A stretch of 64,000 nucleotides of DNA, from sequence record PX092659.1; one strand, written 5' to 3'. Each line of letters begins with the position of its first letter. Within the stretch, counting starts at the first letter, position 1. The DNA comes from a phage. The notes below the pieces were generated by a model. The model saw only the letters and a program-made list of their open reading frames with translations. It had not been told where the DNA came from and did not search any database. The translations under genes were made by a program, and so were the position numbers. This document shows positions 8,043 to 18,036 of this stretch, in pieces.

Positions 8043-10373
8043 ATGAGCCATCGCATTGAAAAAGTAATTAAACGTGACGGTACTGTAGAAGACTTTGCTC
8101 CTGAAAAACTCAATGGTTGGGCAGAGTATGGTTGCAAAACAGTTGATGTAAGTTGGTCAGCCATTACTATGGCTGCTCAAAAAACTCTACCTAAAGGGGT
8201 TGTAGATTCCGACACTCTGATGGACGCATTAATTAAAGCTGCTGAAAGTCTTATCAAAGATAACCCAGCATACGATGTGCCAGCAAAGGAATTACGTCTT
8301 GCGCAAATGCGTAAGCGCCTTTATGACTCTTTCGAACCACCTTCTCTACGTTTCTTCCATGACCATATGGTTAGCGTAGGTGCATGGGAAGACATGAGTG
8401 CATGGATTACCGATGAGCAATTTGAAGCTCTGAATCAGGTTATCGATCATGATCGTGACCGTCTTTTTACTAGTGGTGGACTGAAACAGTTCTTTGATAA
8501 GTATTCCCGTCGTAACATAGCCACTGGTGAAATTTATGAAACCCCGCAGTTTGCCTACATGGGTATGGCAATGGCGATGTTATCTCAACCTAACTGGACA
8601 ATTCTAGATGCAATCGACCTCTACAACGCAATGTCGCTCCACAAAATCAACGTTCCTACGCCGCCACTGGTTGGTCTGCGCTCTAGTGACCGTGGATTTG
8701 CTAGTTGCTGCCTCGTGGATTCCACTGACACGTTGGATTCAATCGACACCGCCGAGCACATCGTCTTCAAAATGGTCGCAGCCAGAGCGGGAATCGGGTA
8801 TCATCTTGAAAGCCGATCAATTGCTGATCCGGTGCGAAATGGGGCATTCCCGCATTCCGGAAAACTGCCATATTATAGACACATTGACCGCTCAGTAAAG
8901 GCCAATACTCAGCAAACTCGTGGGGGTTCTGCCACAGTGTCTTATCCATACTTCGACCCTGAAATCATTCAATTGATGCAGGTTAAGCAACAACGTGCTA
9001 CAGATGAGAATAAAATCGATAAGATGGATTATTCTCTGAGCTTCAACAATCTTTTGTTAAAACGTTATCTGAAAAATGAAGATATTACGCTAATGTCATA
9101 CTTCTATGCTCCAGAAGTTCATGAAGCGTTTTATAGTGATGACGAGGCTAAATTTGAAGAAATCTACGTGGCAGCGGAGAAACGTGTGGCATCTCTTACA
9201 AAGATCGACCACGAAGGAAAAACAGTTCCTGCAGCTCCTAAAGTCTCTGCAAAAGAAATCCTAGATACTTGGCTACGTATCCGAATGGAAACAGGACGTA
9301 TGTATGCTCATCACATCGGGGAATCTAATCGTCACGGTAACTTCCTTGATCCGATCCGTATGACAAACCTTTGTGTTGAGATTACTCAGCCTACGCGCCC
9401 GTTCCATCATATCACAGAACTGTATAAGACAAAAGAGCAGCTTGATCAAATGAAGCCGGAGGATATTGGTGAAGTATCTCTGTGTAACTTAGGTGGTGTT
9501 GTACTTGGGCGCATGGAATCTCTGGCTGAGTGGGAAAAAACTTGCTACATCCTTCTGAAATTCGTTGATACAATTATCGAAATTCAGGATTATCCGTTCC
9601 CAACTATGGAATATACGGCTAAGAAACGTCGTAATGTTGGTATTGGTCTAATGAACGCAGCAGGTGCAATGGCAGCAGAAGGTCTGGCTTATGAAGGTAT
9701 TGAAGCCCGTAACTGGATTCACCGTGAGGCTGAAAAACTGTCTTACTTCCTGCATAAAGCCTCTGTACGCCTAGCTAGAGAACAGGGCGCATGTGAGTGG
9801 TTTGATCGTACTAAACCATCTAAAGGAATTCTGGTAATCGACACGTACAAGAAAACTGTTGATGAACTGGTATCCGTAGGTCTAGAAATGGATTGGGAGT
9901 CTCTGCGTGCAGATATTCTGAAATACGGTATGCGTAACTCTGTTCTGACTGCTCAGATGCCGGGGGAAAGTTCCTCTGTTCTGTTAGGTGTTACTAACTC
10001 TATCGAACCGCCTCGTAAGATTGTATCTATCAAGGGTAGTGCAGTAAATAAAGTAATTGCAATTGCTCCAGGTGCAACCGATTGGGAAACGTTAATGAGC
10101 TATAAATTGGCTTATGATGTAGATCGTATCGAGTGGATCAAATGGGTAGCAACTATGCAGAAATTCTTCAGTCAGTCTATCAGTACGAATATGTACTATG
10201 ACTACACTAAGTTTGAGAATGAAATCATTCCTGGCCCAGTAGTAGTTCGTGATTTCATGACTGCTGTTAAGTATGGGTGGAAAACTTGGTATTATGCTAA
10301 CTTCAATACCGCAAATGGTGGAGGTGCTGGAGAAGAAGCAGCCGGTTGTGCATCAGGTGGTTGTACTATTTAA
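8043..10373 (+). CDS. nrdA: ribonucleoside-diphosphate reductase large subunit (class Ia)
   Basis: ATP-cone start MSHRIEKVIKRDGTVEDF after RBS; motifs NLCVEI and CNLG; C-terminal CASGGC tail. Confidence 0.9.
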   Translation: MSHRIEKVIKRDGTVEDFAPEKLNGWAEYGCKTVDVSWSAITMAAQKTLPKGVVDSDTLMDALIKAAESLIKDNPAYDVPAKELRLAQMRKRLYDSFEPPSLRFFHDHMVSVGAWEDMSAWITDEQFEALNQVIDHDRDRLFTSGGLKQFFDKYSRRNIATGEIYETPQFAYMGMAMAMLSQPNWTILDAIDLYNAMSLHKINVPTPPLVGLRSSDRGFASCCLVDSTDTLDSIDTAEHIVFKMVAARAGIGYHLESRSIADPVRNGAFPHSGKLPYYRHIDRSVKANTQQTRGGSATVSYPYFDPEIIQLMQVKQQRATDENKIDKMDYSLSFNNLLLKRYLKNEDITLMSYFYAPEVHEAFYSDDEAKFEEIYVAAEKRVASLTKIDHEGKTVPAAPKVSAKEILDTWLRIRMETGRMYAHHIGESNRHGNFLDPIRMTNLCVEITQPTRPFHHITELYKTKEQLDQMKPEDIGEVSLCNLGGVVLGRMESLAEWEKTCYILLKFVDTIIEIQDYPFPTMEYTAKKRRNVGIGLMNAAGAMAAEGLAYEGIEARNWIHREAEKLSYFLHKASVRLAREQGACEWFDRTKPSKGILVIDTYKKTVDELVSVGLEMDWESLRADILKYGMRNSVLTAQMPGESSSVLLGVTNSIEPPRKIVSIKGSAVNKVIAIAPGATDWETLMSYKLAYDVDRIEWIKWVATMQKFFSQSISTNMYYDYTKFENEIIPGPVVVRDFMTAVKYGWKTWYYANFNTANGGGAGEEAAGCASGGCTI

Positions 10374-10382
10374 TAAAAACAA

Positions 10383-10410
10383 GGAGATCTTCGGGTCTCC
10401 TTTTTCTTTG
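10383..10410 (+). terminator. intrinsic terminator after nrdA
   Basis: Hairpin ggagatc-ttcg-ggtctcc followed by TTTTTCTTT. Confidence 0.65.
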
Positions 10411-10419
10411 AAATTTTAC

Positions 10420-10448
10420 TTGCTAATCGCTACCAGATTTGCTATAAT
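10420..10448 (+). promoter_or_regulatory. T5-type promoter
   Basis: TTGCTA-17-TATAAT. Confidence 0.65.
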
Positions 10449-10474
10449 ATCTCCATTAGTTAAGGAGATTAGTT

Positions 10475-10990
10475 TTGATAACACAAGATGAATTAAAAAG
10501 GATTCTGGAGTATAATCCAGATGAAGGAACATTTACTTGGTTAAATAACCAAGAAGTACACAATAAAGTAAGAGGATTACCTGCTGGCTGTTTAAAACCA
10601 CACTCAGTAGACCCTAACCGAAAAGACTTAGTGATACAAATCAAGGGCAAGAAGTACCCTGCACAAAATATTGCCTTCCTGTACATGACAGGAAACTTAC
10701 CTAAAGTTATGGTTGACCATATAGATGGAGATTCACTAAACTATAAGTGGACTAATCTAAGAGAAGCAGACTGGCAATTAAATAGTCAAAATAGAAAAAC
10801 CAGTAAAAACAATATATTGGGTACTAAGAATATTCGGAAGAAAGGGTCTGGATTTCAAGTTAGAAAATCCATTAACGGAAAAGAATATGTGAAAACTCTT
10901 CCAACTCTAGAAGAGGCAATAGAGTATCGAGATTCTTTAATCCTCTCTATAACCAAAGATCCAACACTACTTAGAAACACAGATAAATAG
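10475..10990 (+). CDS. HNH homing endonuclease (HNH plus AP2-like DNA-binding region)
   Basis: TTG start after AAGGAG; motifs HIDGDSLN, NLREA, KKGSGFQVRKSINGKEY; sits between nrdA and nrdB. Confidence 0.75.
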   Translation: MITQDELKRILEYNPDEGTFTWLNNQEVHNKVRGLPAGCLKPHSVDPNRKDLVIQIKGKKYPAQNIAFLYMTGNLPKVMVDHIDGDSLNYKWTNLREADWQLNSQNRKTSKNNILGTKNIRKKGSGFQVRKSINGKEYVKTLPTLEEAIEYRDSLILSITKDPTLLRNTDK

Positions 10991-10998
10991 GAGAACTA

Positions 10999-12144
10999 AT
11001 GACAACTTTACTTAACTTAAACTGGGATCATACCAATAAAGATCTATTTCTCGGTGATTCTCTTGGTATTGCAGATTATGTACGAGTAGCCCATCCAGAG
11101 CTGGAAAGGCTGGCGTTATTAGCTCGCTCTCAATTTTGGACTGAAACTGAAATCAGTCTGGAAGCAGATAAGAAACAATGGCCTAATCTCCCACGAGAAA
11201 TTCAGGAAATTACACTCCTGAACTTAGCATGGCAGACTCAAACTGATTCCTTTATCAGTCGTGCCCCTGAAGCAGCTATTATGCCACTTGTAAGTCGTCC
11301 AGAATTGGAAGGTATGCTCAAACAGTGGAGCTATTTTGAAGACTTGCATAGTCGTGCTTATAGCAATATTATTCGTAATGTGCTGACTGATCCAGCAGAA
11401 TTTATTGATTCTGTAACCAAAAACCAAGAAGCATTCGCGCGCATCGCTGATTCTGTTGAACTATTCGATGAACTGTACCAGTTAGGTCAGTATTTCATCG
11501 CAGTACGCGATCATCGTGGCGACAATACATACCCAGAAACGGAGTTTCCTGAAGTTAAACGTGAAACTCAGGCTAAACTATTAGATGCTTACTTTGCTAT
11601 CTATGGTCTGGAAGCAATGCAGTTTTACGCATCCTTTGCATGTACCTTTGCATTAGCAGAGAACGATATTCTGCAAGGTATTGCTAAAAATCTGCAATTA
11701 ATCGCTAAAGATGAAGCTCTGCACACTCAGATGTCCAAAGCAATCATCCAGATTATGTTCCAGCAGTTTGACAAAGACCTAGTAGATGAAGCAGTGGCTA
11801 AAGCACCAGCACAGCTCCTGAAAACCCTGAAAACTGAAATTGAATGGGGTCATTTCATTTTCAAAGGTCGTAGTCTGATTGGCTTGAATGCAGAACTTCT
11901 AGAAGAATATCTGTACTTTGTGGGGCGTAATGCATTTATGCACATCGGTGTAGAATGGCCTAGTCATTTACCAGTAATCACCAAAAACCCTATTCCGTGG
12001 ATTATGAACTGGTTGGATACTACTTCTCTACAGCCTGCTCCACAAGAAATTCAGATTGGTGCAGCCTACCGTGTAGGTCAGGTAACTGAGACCTCTACTG
12101 ATACTCTGAAAGATCTGGGTAATGAATTTGGAGATTTCTTATGA
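10999..12144 (+). CDS. nrdB: ribonucleoside-diphosphate reductase small subunit
   Basis: 381 aa with di-iron ligand pattern typical of NrdB (e.g. EAMQFYASF, DEALHT); follows nrdA. Confidence 0.85.
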   Translation: MTTLLNLNWDHTNKDLFLGDSLGIADYVRVAHPELERLALLARSQFWTETEISLEADKKQWPNLPREIQEITLLNLAWQTQTDSFISRAPEAAIMPLVSRPELEGMLKQWSYFEDLHSRAYSNIIRNVLTDPAEFIDSVTKNQEAFARIADSVELFDELYQLGQYFIAVRDHRGDNTYPETEFPEVKRETQAKLLDAYFAIYGLEAMQFYASFACTFALAENDILQGIAKNLQLIAKDEALHTQMSKAIIQIMFQQFDKDLVDEAVAKAPAQLLKTLKTEIEWGHFIFKGRSLIGLNAELLEEYLYFVGRNAFMHIGVEWPSHLPVITKNPIPWIMNWLDTTSLQPAPQEIQIGAAYRVGQVTETSTDTLKDLGNEFGDFL

Positions 12145-12674
12145 TTACAGCAATGTATGCAGTTGGGCCGAATGGGGAGTTCGGCCTCCGAGGTAAACTT
12201 CCCTGGGGTTCCTTCAAAGAAGAACTAGATGCTTTCTATTCTCAACTGGACGTGTTGAATCCAGATAACATCATCATTGGTGCGGGTACTTATTTAGCTC
12301 TTCCATACGCCGTTAGAGAACGTATGATTGGAGCTTCTGACCTATTTATTCGTGCTGATCGTCCACTGCCAGACGATATTACACATGATATTTACACTCC
12401 AATTTCTAAGATTGGGGATGCTTTACCTACATTTCTGAAAGATCAGCAGACAGTAGTTCTAGGTGGGGCTAACCTTCTTCTAGAAATGTATATTCATGGA
12501 CATATTGAAAGTGCTTTTGTATCTACAATCTTTAGTGATCAAAAACTAGAGGCAGATACACACCTAGATAGTATGATACTGGATTATAACTATGAATCCA
12601 CTCGATTAGTCTATGCAGTTGGCGCAAACAGTGATAACAGCCTGCGATTTGTACAGGAATTGGTTACTTATTAA
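12141..12674 (+). CDS. frd: dihydrofolate reductase
   Basis: N-terminal GPNGEFGLRGKLPW resembles DHFR motif; overlaps nrdB stop and td start (ATGA coupling). Confidence 0.75.
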   Translation: MITAMYAVGPNGEFGLRGKLPWGSFKEELDAFYSQLDVLNPDNIIIGAGTYLALPYAVRERMIGASDLFIRADRPLPDDITHDIYTPISKIGDALPTFLKDQQTVVLGGANLLLEMYIHGHIESAFVSTIFSDQKLEADTHLDSMILDYNYESTRLVYAVGANSDNSLRFVQELVTY

Positions 12675-13513
12675 TGCAACAATACTTAAAAATTTTGACA
12701 GATGTAATTTTACTAGGTGAACCCCGTAATGACCGTACAGGAACAGGCACAGTTTCAATTTTTGATTCTTACGCTAAATTCGATCTACGTGACGGGTTTC
12801 CTGCTGTCACTACCAAACGTCTAGCTTGGAAATCAGTAGTAGGAGAACTTTTATGGTTCTTGTCTGGTTCTACAAATCTTCATGATCTACGTGTATTCAC
12901 ATTTGGTCGTGACGAAGGACAGTGGACCATCTGGACTCCAAATTATGAAGACCAAGCTATAAGTATGGGTTATGATAAGGGTAATCTAGGACCAGTATAT
13001 GGTAAACAGTGGCGTAACTTTGGTGGGCGAGATCAGATTCTAGAACTCATTGAGGGACTCAAAAATAACCCGCATGGCCGTAGACACCTAGTATCTGCAT
13101 GGAACGTAGCTGAACTGGACAAGATGGCATTACCACCATGTCACTATGGTTTCCAATGTTACATAAGTAATGATGGATACTTAGATCTTAAATGGACACA
13201 ACGCTCTGTGGATTGTTTCCTCGGTTTACCTTTCAATATTGCTAGTTATGCTTTATTAACGCATATATTAGCAAAACTGACAGGATTAAAACCTCGTTAT
13301 CTTATCTTTAGTGGCGGTGATACTCATATCTATAATGACCACATGGAACAGGTAGAAGAACAGGTAAAACGTAAACCTCGTCCTTTACCGACTCTAGTAA
13401 TGCCAGAATTTGTAGATCTTTACGACTTACTAGAAAATAATACGGCAGCTTGGTCATTCCATTTAGAGGGGTACGATCCTCATCCAGCTCTTAAAGCTAA
13501 AATGTCCTCTTAA
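12674..13513 (+). CDS. td: thymidylate synthase
   Basis: NDRTGTGT, TTKR, GPVYGKQWR and active-site PPCH motifs; uninterrupted 279 aa. Confidence 0.9.
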   Translation: MQQYLKILTDVILLGEPRNDRTGTGTVSIFDSYAKFDLRDGFPAVTTKRLAWKSVVGELLWFLSGSTNLHDLRVFTFGRDEGQWTIWTPNYEDQAISMGYDKGNLGPVYGKQWRNFGGRDQILELIEGLKNNPHGRRHLVSAWNVAELDKMALPPCHYGFQCYISNDGYLDLKWTQRSVDCFLGLPFNIASYALLTHILAKLTGLKPRYLIFSGGDTHIYNDHMEQVEEQVKRKPRPLPTLVMPEFVDLYDLLENNTAAWSFHLEGYDPHPALKAKMSS

Positions 13514-13518
13514 ATTAA

Positions 13519-13545
13519 ATAGCCCTTCGGGGCTATTATATTTAA
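13519..13545 (+). terminator. intrinsic terminator after td
   Basis: Hairpin atagccc-ttcg-gggctat then TATATTT. Confidence 0.6.
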
Positions 13546-13552
13546 ATTTCAT

Positions 13553-13581
13553 TTGCTTATTTAGTGAAATTTAAATATAAT
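13553..13581 (+). promoter_or_regulatory. T5-type promoter
   Basis: TTGCTT-17-TATAAT. Confidence 0.65.
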
Positions 13582-13606
13582 ATATTTTATAAATTGGAGG
13601 TATACA

Positions 13607-13888
13607 ATGATTTCAGCCAAAGAAGCCCAAGAACTTGCAGGATTAACAGAAGTACCCGCATTTCTAAAGTTTATAGAAGAAAAGATTGTAGAAGCTGCTA
13701 AGTCTGGAAATACAGAAGTAATTATTCGAGATAATCCTTACGCTAGGTGGCTATATAATCCTAGAGAAATGCCAGGAGCCGCTAAATCGGTACTAAAAAC
13801 CTTATCGGATAAGGGGTATCATCACTCACAATACTACCGAGAAGCCGCCTTTGTAGACATGGGTCTTAAAATTAGTTGGGGGGTATAA
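13607..13888 (+). CDS. hypothetical protein (93 aa)
   Basis: ORF after promoter with GGAGG RBS; stop overlaps rnh start. Confidence 0.5.
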   Translation: MISAKEAQELAGLTEVPAFLKFIEEKIVEAAKSGNTEVIIRDNPYARWLYNPREMPGAAKSVLKTLSDKGYHHSQYYREAAFVDMGLKISWGV

Positions 13889-14364
13889 TGTCGGTTTTCC
13901 ACATTTACACAGATGGTGCTTGTAAGTCTAATCCGGGTCCAGGTGCTTGGGGTTTTATTGTCTATGATGATAACGACGATCGTTTAGGTTCTAAATCTGG
14001 TTATAATCCTAAAACTACAAATAATGAGATGGAACTCACAGCTATTGTAGAAGCTCTACGTTGGTCTGTTAAAAAAGATAATAGACCAATTGCTATCTAT
14101 ACTGACTCTGCTTATTGCAAAAATGGTATGGAAAGTTGGATGTTTTCTTGGCAAAGGAAAGGCTGGAAGAAAGCAGATGGTGAAGTTCCTCTTAATCTAG
14201 AACTTTGGCAGGAAGCATTTAAATTAACACAGCAGTATATCAACTTTCATAATACTAACCCTACTTTTATTAAGGTTAAAGGACATTCTGGTATTAGTGG
14301 TAATGAAGCTGTAGACGCCTTATGTAACACAGTTATTACTGAAGCTGAAATGGCTGAGATGTAA
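13888..14364 (+). CDS. rnh: ribonuclease H
   Basis: RNase HI motifs HIYTDGACKSNPGPGAWG, TNNEMEL, YTDS, KGHSG; start set to ATG 13888. Confidence 0.8.
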   Translation: MSVFHIYTDGACKSNPGPGAWGFIVYDDNDDRLGSKSGYNPKTTNNEMELTAIVEALRWSVKKDNRPIAIYTDSAYCKNGMESWMFSWQRKGWKKADGEVPLNLELWQEAFKLTQQYINFHNTNPTFIKVKGHSGISGNEAVDALCNTVITEAEMAEM

Positions 14365-14384
14365 TAAATAAATTAAAAATTCTC

Positions 14385-14413
14385 TTGCTTAAAGCCCTCT
14401 AATTTAGTATAAT
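14385..14413 (+). promoter_or_regulatory. T5-type promoter
   Basis: TTGCTT-17-TATAAT. Confidence 0.65.
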
Positions 14414-14440
14414 ATTCGTATTGAAAGTGAGGAGGGCTTT

Positions 14441-14719
14441 ATGCGGATTTATAACTTAAATTCATTAGGATTTAAACCATTGAGAAAACGTGCACAATCA
14501 CCTCGTCAAATAAGAAAGGCTAATATTGGTGAGCCAGAAACACGTCTTCCACCTCCTCCAGAACAACGTTTAGTTTATCTGGATGAAGAATTAGCCGAAC
14601 GCGAAAGAAAAGCTCAAGAAGAGATTGAGCGTAAGAAAATGTGTACTGCTCCAGCATATAATAAAGGAGCGTATCAATATGTTTCCGATGCAGAACAAGC
14701 CAAGATGGTTGGTAGATAA
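14441..14719 (+). CDS. hypothetical protein (92 aa)
   Basis: ORF after promoter and GGAGG RBS. Confidence 0.45.
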   Translation: MRIYNLNSLGFKPLRKRAQSPRQIRKANIGEPETRLPPPPEQRLVYLDEELAERERKAQEEIERKKMCTAPAYNKGAYQYVSDAEQAKMVGR

Positions 14720-14735
14720 TTTTTAAAAAATTCAT

Positions 14736-14764
14736 TTGCTAAACGCTTCAAATTCTTGTATAAT
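14736..14764 (+). promoter_or_regulatory. T5-type promoter
   Basis: aaaaaattcaTTTGCTA-17-TATAAT, near-consensus copy of the repeated promoter. Confidence 0.7.
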
Positions 14765-14802
14765 ATACTTCATAAATTGATAAACAAAAAGGAAAACAAA
14801 TA

Positions 14803-15318
14803 ATGGCTAAGCAGAAAAACGCAAAAACTCAAGCAGCTACTACAGTTAAAACTTTCCCGCAGACTGAGGCTAACCGCAAAGCTCGTCTGGAACGCCACCT
14901 GCGCAAGCACCCTACTGATGCTCAAGCTGCACAGGCACTGAATCGTCCGGCTCCGATTCGTCAAAAGCCGAAGGCTAAGAACGCTACTCGTTCTGTAGCC
15001 CGCCTTGTGACCTATGTACAAGGTTATGGTCACAAATCTGTCCCAGTAACACTGAGTTTCAATGCTGGAGCAGAATTGTTCCCTCGTAATGGCATGGCCA
15101 TGAAAGATTACGAGAAAGCAGTTAACCAGAAACGCAAACCAACGGCAGATGTACTGCGTGATGCTCGTGGACAGTTTGGTTCTGTTAAGCCAAATATCTT
15201 CGGTGTAGAGTATAGCAAAGATAACGTTCGTGCTCTGTGTTACGGTGTAGGCATTAAGTTCACGGGTGATTCTGCTCGTAAATCTGCTAAACCAGCTCGT
15301 AAACGTAAAGCGAAGTAA
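14803..15318 (+). CDS. basic protein of unknown function (171 aa)
   Basis: K/R-rich; visibly different, GC-richer codon choice than neighbours. Confidence 0.5.
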   Translation: MAKQKNAKTQAATTVKTFPQTEANRKARLERHLRKHPTDAQAAQALNRPAPIRQKPKAKNATRSVARLVTYVQGYGHKSVPVTLSFNAGAELFPRNGMAMKDYEKAVNQKRKPTADVLRDARGQFGSVKPNIFGVEYSKDNVRALCYGVGIKFTGDSARKSAKPARKRKAK

Positions 15319-15325
15319 TAGATAA

Positions 15326-15350
15326 GAGGGGCTTTCGCCCCTCATATTTT
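15326..15350 (+). terminator. intrinsic terminator
   Basis: Hairpin gaggggc-tttc-gcccctc then ATATTTT. Confidence 0.65.
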
Positions 15351-15359
15351 GGAGAAACT

Positions 15360-15596
15360 ATGCGTAATTTTGTAGCAAAGAATGATTTTAACCGTGCTAG
15401 CACCCATAAGTCAGCTAGGGATTATACACGACTTTCTAGTCATGAGGTAATGGATGCCTGTTATGAAGAGCTGGAAGGTAGCTGGAATGAATGGCCCGAC
15501 TTCTCTATGGAAGAAAACTGGGATGTCAGTGAGGATATGCTTCCTGGTTTTAAAGACCCCAAGAAGTGGGAGTCTATTAAAGAGACAGCTCTTTAA
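15360..15596 (+). CDS. hypothetical protein (78 aa)
   Basis: ORF in plus-strand array. Confidence 0.45.
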   Translation: MRNFVAKNDFNRASTHKSARDYTRLSSHEVMDACYEELEGSWNEWPDFSMEENWDVSEDMLPGFKDPKKWESIKETAL

Positions 15597-15624
15597 TAGT
15601 TTTCTACACAATAAAGGATAAGTT

Positions 15625-16326
15625 ATGAAAGTAAAACCATTTGGTATGCTAGATATTGAATCTCTAGGAACTCCAGGAGATTGTGGTACTACTCATATCG
15701 CAATGCCTTCTTTCGCTTTTGTGGCTATGCATGGGATTGACAAAGACCCTGACTTAGTATTTGTTACTTTGGATGTGCAGGATCAGCTTAATTCTGGTGC
15801 CAAAGTTACAGCATCTACTCTAGCATTCTGGATGGATCAAGCTAAAAATAGCCCGTCTGCTATTCACATTATGGAAGCTATGAAGGAACGTAATCCAAAA
15901 CTGATTGCCTTCCAGAATGGTAAACATCATTGCACTAATAAATTAGGCTCAAACTATGCTGCCTTCTCTATGGCACAAAATATTATGGAGTTGGCTCTAG
16001 GCGAAAATGCTTTGTATTATGGCAATGGCCCAGAGTTTGATATGACTATCTACTCTGCAAACACGTTCCATGCTGGAACCAATGAAGAGGTAGTTCCGTG
16101 GAAATTCTGGAATTTGGGTAATGTTCGATCTCTTCGTAATCTCTGGATGCAAGCTGGATACAGTTATAAGGCTCTAGAGACCGAAGCTATTAGCTGGGCA
16201 ATAGCTAAAATGGAGAAGATGGACACCATTCGTTATGGGATCTATCCGGTTAAGCACGACCCAGCATTCGATGCCCTAGTTGAGAGCTATTGTGTTGCAG
16301 CTATGATCGAAAAAATGAAAATTTGA
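15625..16326 (+). CDS. DEDDh-type 3'-5' exonuclease-like protein
   Basis: Exo motif I GMLDIESLG and C-terminal YPVKHDPAFDALVESY (H-x4-D). Confidence 0.55.
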   Translation: MKVKPFGMLDIESLGTPGDCGTTHIAMPSFAFVAMHGIDKDPDLVFVTLDVQDQLNSGAKVTASTLAFWMDQAKNSPSAIHIMEAMKERNPKLIAFQNGKHHCTNKLGSNYAAFSMAQNIMELALGENALYYGNGPEFDMTIYSANTFHAGTNEEVVPWKFWNLGNVRSLRNLWMQAGYSYKALETEAISWAIAKMEKMDTIRYGIYPVKHDPAFDALVESYCVAAMIEKMKI

Positions 16327-16336
16327 TTTGCTTCCG

Positions 16337-16365
16337 GCTCCAAAATTCTGTATAATATATTCATA
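16337..16365 (+). promoter_or_regulatory. T5-type promoter
   Basis: TTGCTT-17-TATAAT. Confidence 0.65.
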
Positions 16366-16396
16366 AATTTGAGAAAACAATAAAAGGAAAACAAAT

Positions 16397-16579
16397 ATGC
16401 CAGTATCTAAAAATGTTCGTAAAAACGGTAAGAAAGCTACTCGTAATCTGGGTATCCGTCGTATGGCTGAACGTCAATCAGGTATCCAGAAAATCTTTGA
16501 TCTGCTAAATCGTGCTAATCCTAAAATTGGTAACAGTAATGATACTGTTCTGCGCACTCTGCTGGCAATTGGTCTGTAA
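16397..16579 (+). CDS. hypothetical basic protein (60 aa)
   Basis: ORF after promoter. Confidence 0.45.
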   Translation: MPVSKNVRKNGKKATRNLGIRRMAERQSGIQKIFDLLNRANPKIGNSNDTVLRTLLAIGL

Positions 16580-16632
16580 TAGACCAAATTTAAACAAATT
16601 CAAATCTCAAACTTCATATAAGGAAGCAAATA

Positions 16633-17271
16633 ATGACTACTCGTATCTCTAAAACTCGCGCTCTGGCAACTATCAAATCTCTGGAAGCTAAAATCCGTAA
16701 AGCTACTGAACAACAGCTTCTGATCGCTGTTGGTGAAGGTAAGGATAAAAATAAGGTTGTAGTTGGCGCTGCAATCGAAGTAGACGATCTGTCTGCTCGT
16801 ATTAAGGCAGATTTCCAATCTCTCCTGGATATGATGTCCCAGCGTGATCGTATCAAAGCTGCTCTTATTAAGAGCAATGCGGAAACAGTGGTTGAGATTG
16901 GTTCTCGTAAGATGACTGTTGCGGAAGCAATTGAAGCTAAGCGTTCTATGGAGCTTAAAGCCCAACTGCTGGCTAACATGCGTAAGCAGTTCCATGCCGC
17001 TACGGTTAAGTTTAATACGCAGAAAGCACAGTTTGATGCTAAATATGAGCGTTTGCAGGATAGCATGGCTACCCGCGATAAGAAAACTTCCGAAGATGAA
17101 GTTAAAATGCAGCTCAACCTGCTGGAACTCAAGAATACTCCATTCTTGATTGATCCGCTGGAACTGGAAAAGCTGATTAAGCAGCACGACGAGGAATATC
17201 AGGACTTTGCAACAAATGTTGACTTTGTTCTGTCCGAGTCTAACGCCTCTACCTTCATTGAAGTAGAGTAA
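16633..17271 (+). CDS. hypothetical protein (212 aa), predicted helical
   Basis: ORF with AGGAAG RBS; antisense ORFs in same interval rejected. Confidence 0.55.
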   Translation: MTTRISKTRALATIKSLEAKIRKATEQQLLIAVGEGKDKNKVVVGAAIEVDDLSARIKADFQSLLDMMSQRDRIKAALIKSNAETVVEIGSRKMTVAEAIEAKRSMELKAQLLANMRKQFHAATVKFNTQKAQFDAKYERLQDSMATRDKKTSEDEVKMQLNLLELKNTPFLIDPLELEKLIKQHDEEYQDFATNVDFVLSESNASTFIEVE

Positions 17272-17654
17272 TAATTTAAAAGCTAGTAAATCGGTAGACG
17301 AAAGCCCAAGCATCTTACCTCGCAGCAGCGGTTGAAATACGAGGTTAAATAAGACCGCTGACCATACTATAAAGTATAATCTATTGGAGATTATGTTTAT
17401 TACACCAGCCTCTTAAGCTGACACGTAAGAACAAAGCGTCGTTGATATTACCGACACAACTTCAAAGATCAACATTTAAGTATGAAAGCTGAAAAGTTTA
17501 AAGAACTCAAACTTCTAAACTTCTAAAGCTAAAAGATGCAAAGTATTCGTTGATGATTCAAACCCTAGATCAAAGGTACATGGCTCGTAAGATATGGCCT
17601 GTGGCGCCTCTAGGCTGTTTATCGGTTTACTAGTTTCACAATTTAAAAATGTAT

Positions 17655-17683
17655 TTGCTAATTTACTAAGTTATCTGTATAAT
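17655..17683 (+). promoter_or_regulatory. T5-type promoter
   Basis: TTGCTA-17-TATAAT. Confidence 0.65.
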
Positions 17684-17713
17684 ATATTTTTAAATTGATG
17701 AAACGAGGCTATT

Positions 17714-18031
17714 ATGACTTTTCATATTTTGATTGATGATGTGCGTAATCTTCACGGAATGGACATTATCATTCGAACCCCAGAAGCCGCTGTAGAGTTT
17801 CTGAATAAAACTGATACCACAGGCCATTTCGTTTATATGGATAATGACTTGGCTGTAGATGGTATGGAAGGTTATCAAATTCTCCGTTTACTCTTAGAAT
17901 TTGGGCAGAGACCAAAGAAAGTGGTACTAGTAACCTCGAACCCAGTAGCTAAGCAAAATATGCGCAATGATTTGCTTGACTTAGGGTATAAAGAAAATCC
18001 CAATCGTGTTGAATATGATTGGCAGGAGTAA
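17714..18031 (+). CDS. hypothetical protein (105 aa), weak receiver-fold-like pattern
   Basis: ILIDDV...YMDNDL...LVTSN pattern; tentative. Confidence 0.45.
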   Translation: MTFHILIDDVRNLHGMDIIIRTPEAAVEFLNKTDTTGHFVYMDNDLAVDGMEGYQILRLLLEFGQRPKKVVLVTSNPVAKQNMRNDLLDLGYKENPNRVEYDWQE

Positions 18032-18036
18032 AAAGA

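Noticed and set aside
8608-8949. ORFs 8608..8898 (+) and 8767..8949 (-) inside nrdA
   Set aside because: Embedded in alternative frames or antisense of a strongly supported reductase gene; no RBS; typical spurious ORFs
12674-13513. Group I intron in thymidylate synthase or nrd genes
   Set aside because: td, nrdA and nrdB are uninterrupted full-length ORFs; the only insertion is the free-standing HNH gene in the nrdA-nrdB spacer
14770-15345. 191-aa minus-strand ORF overlapping 14803..15318
   Set aside because: Low-complexity antisense translation; the plus-strand ORF has promoter, RBS and terminator
16600-17313. Minus-strand ORFs 16600..17313 and 16614..17132 and plus ORF 16919..17149
   Set aside because: Overlap the plus-strand 212-aa ORF that fits the operon; produce low-complexity Ser/Leu/Arg-rich products
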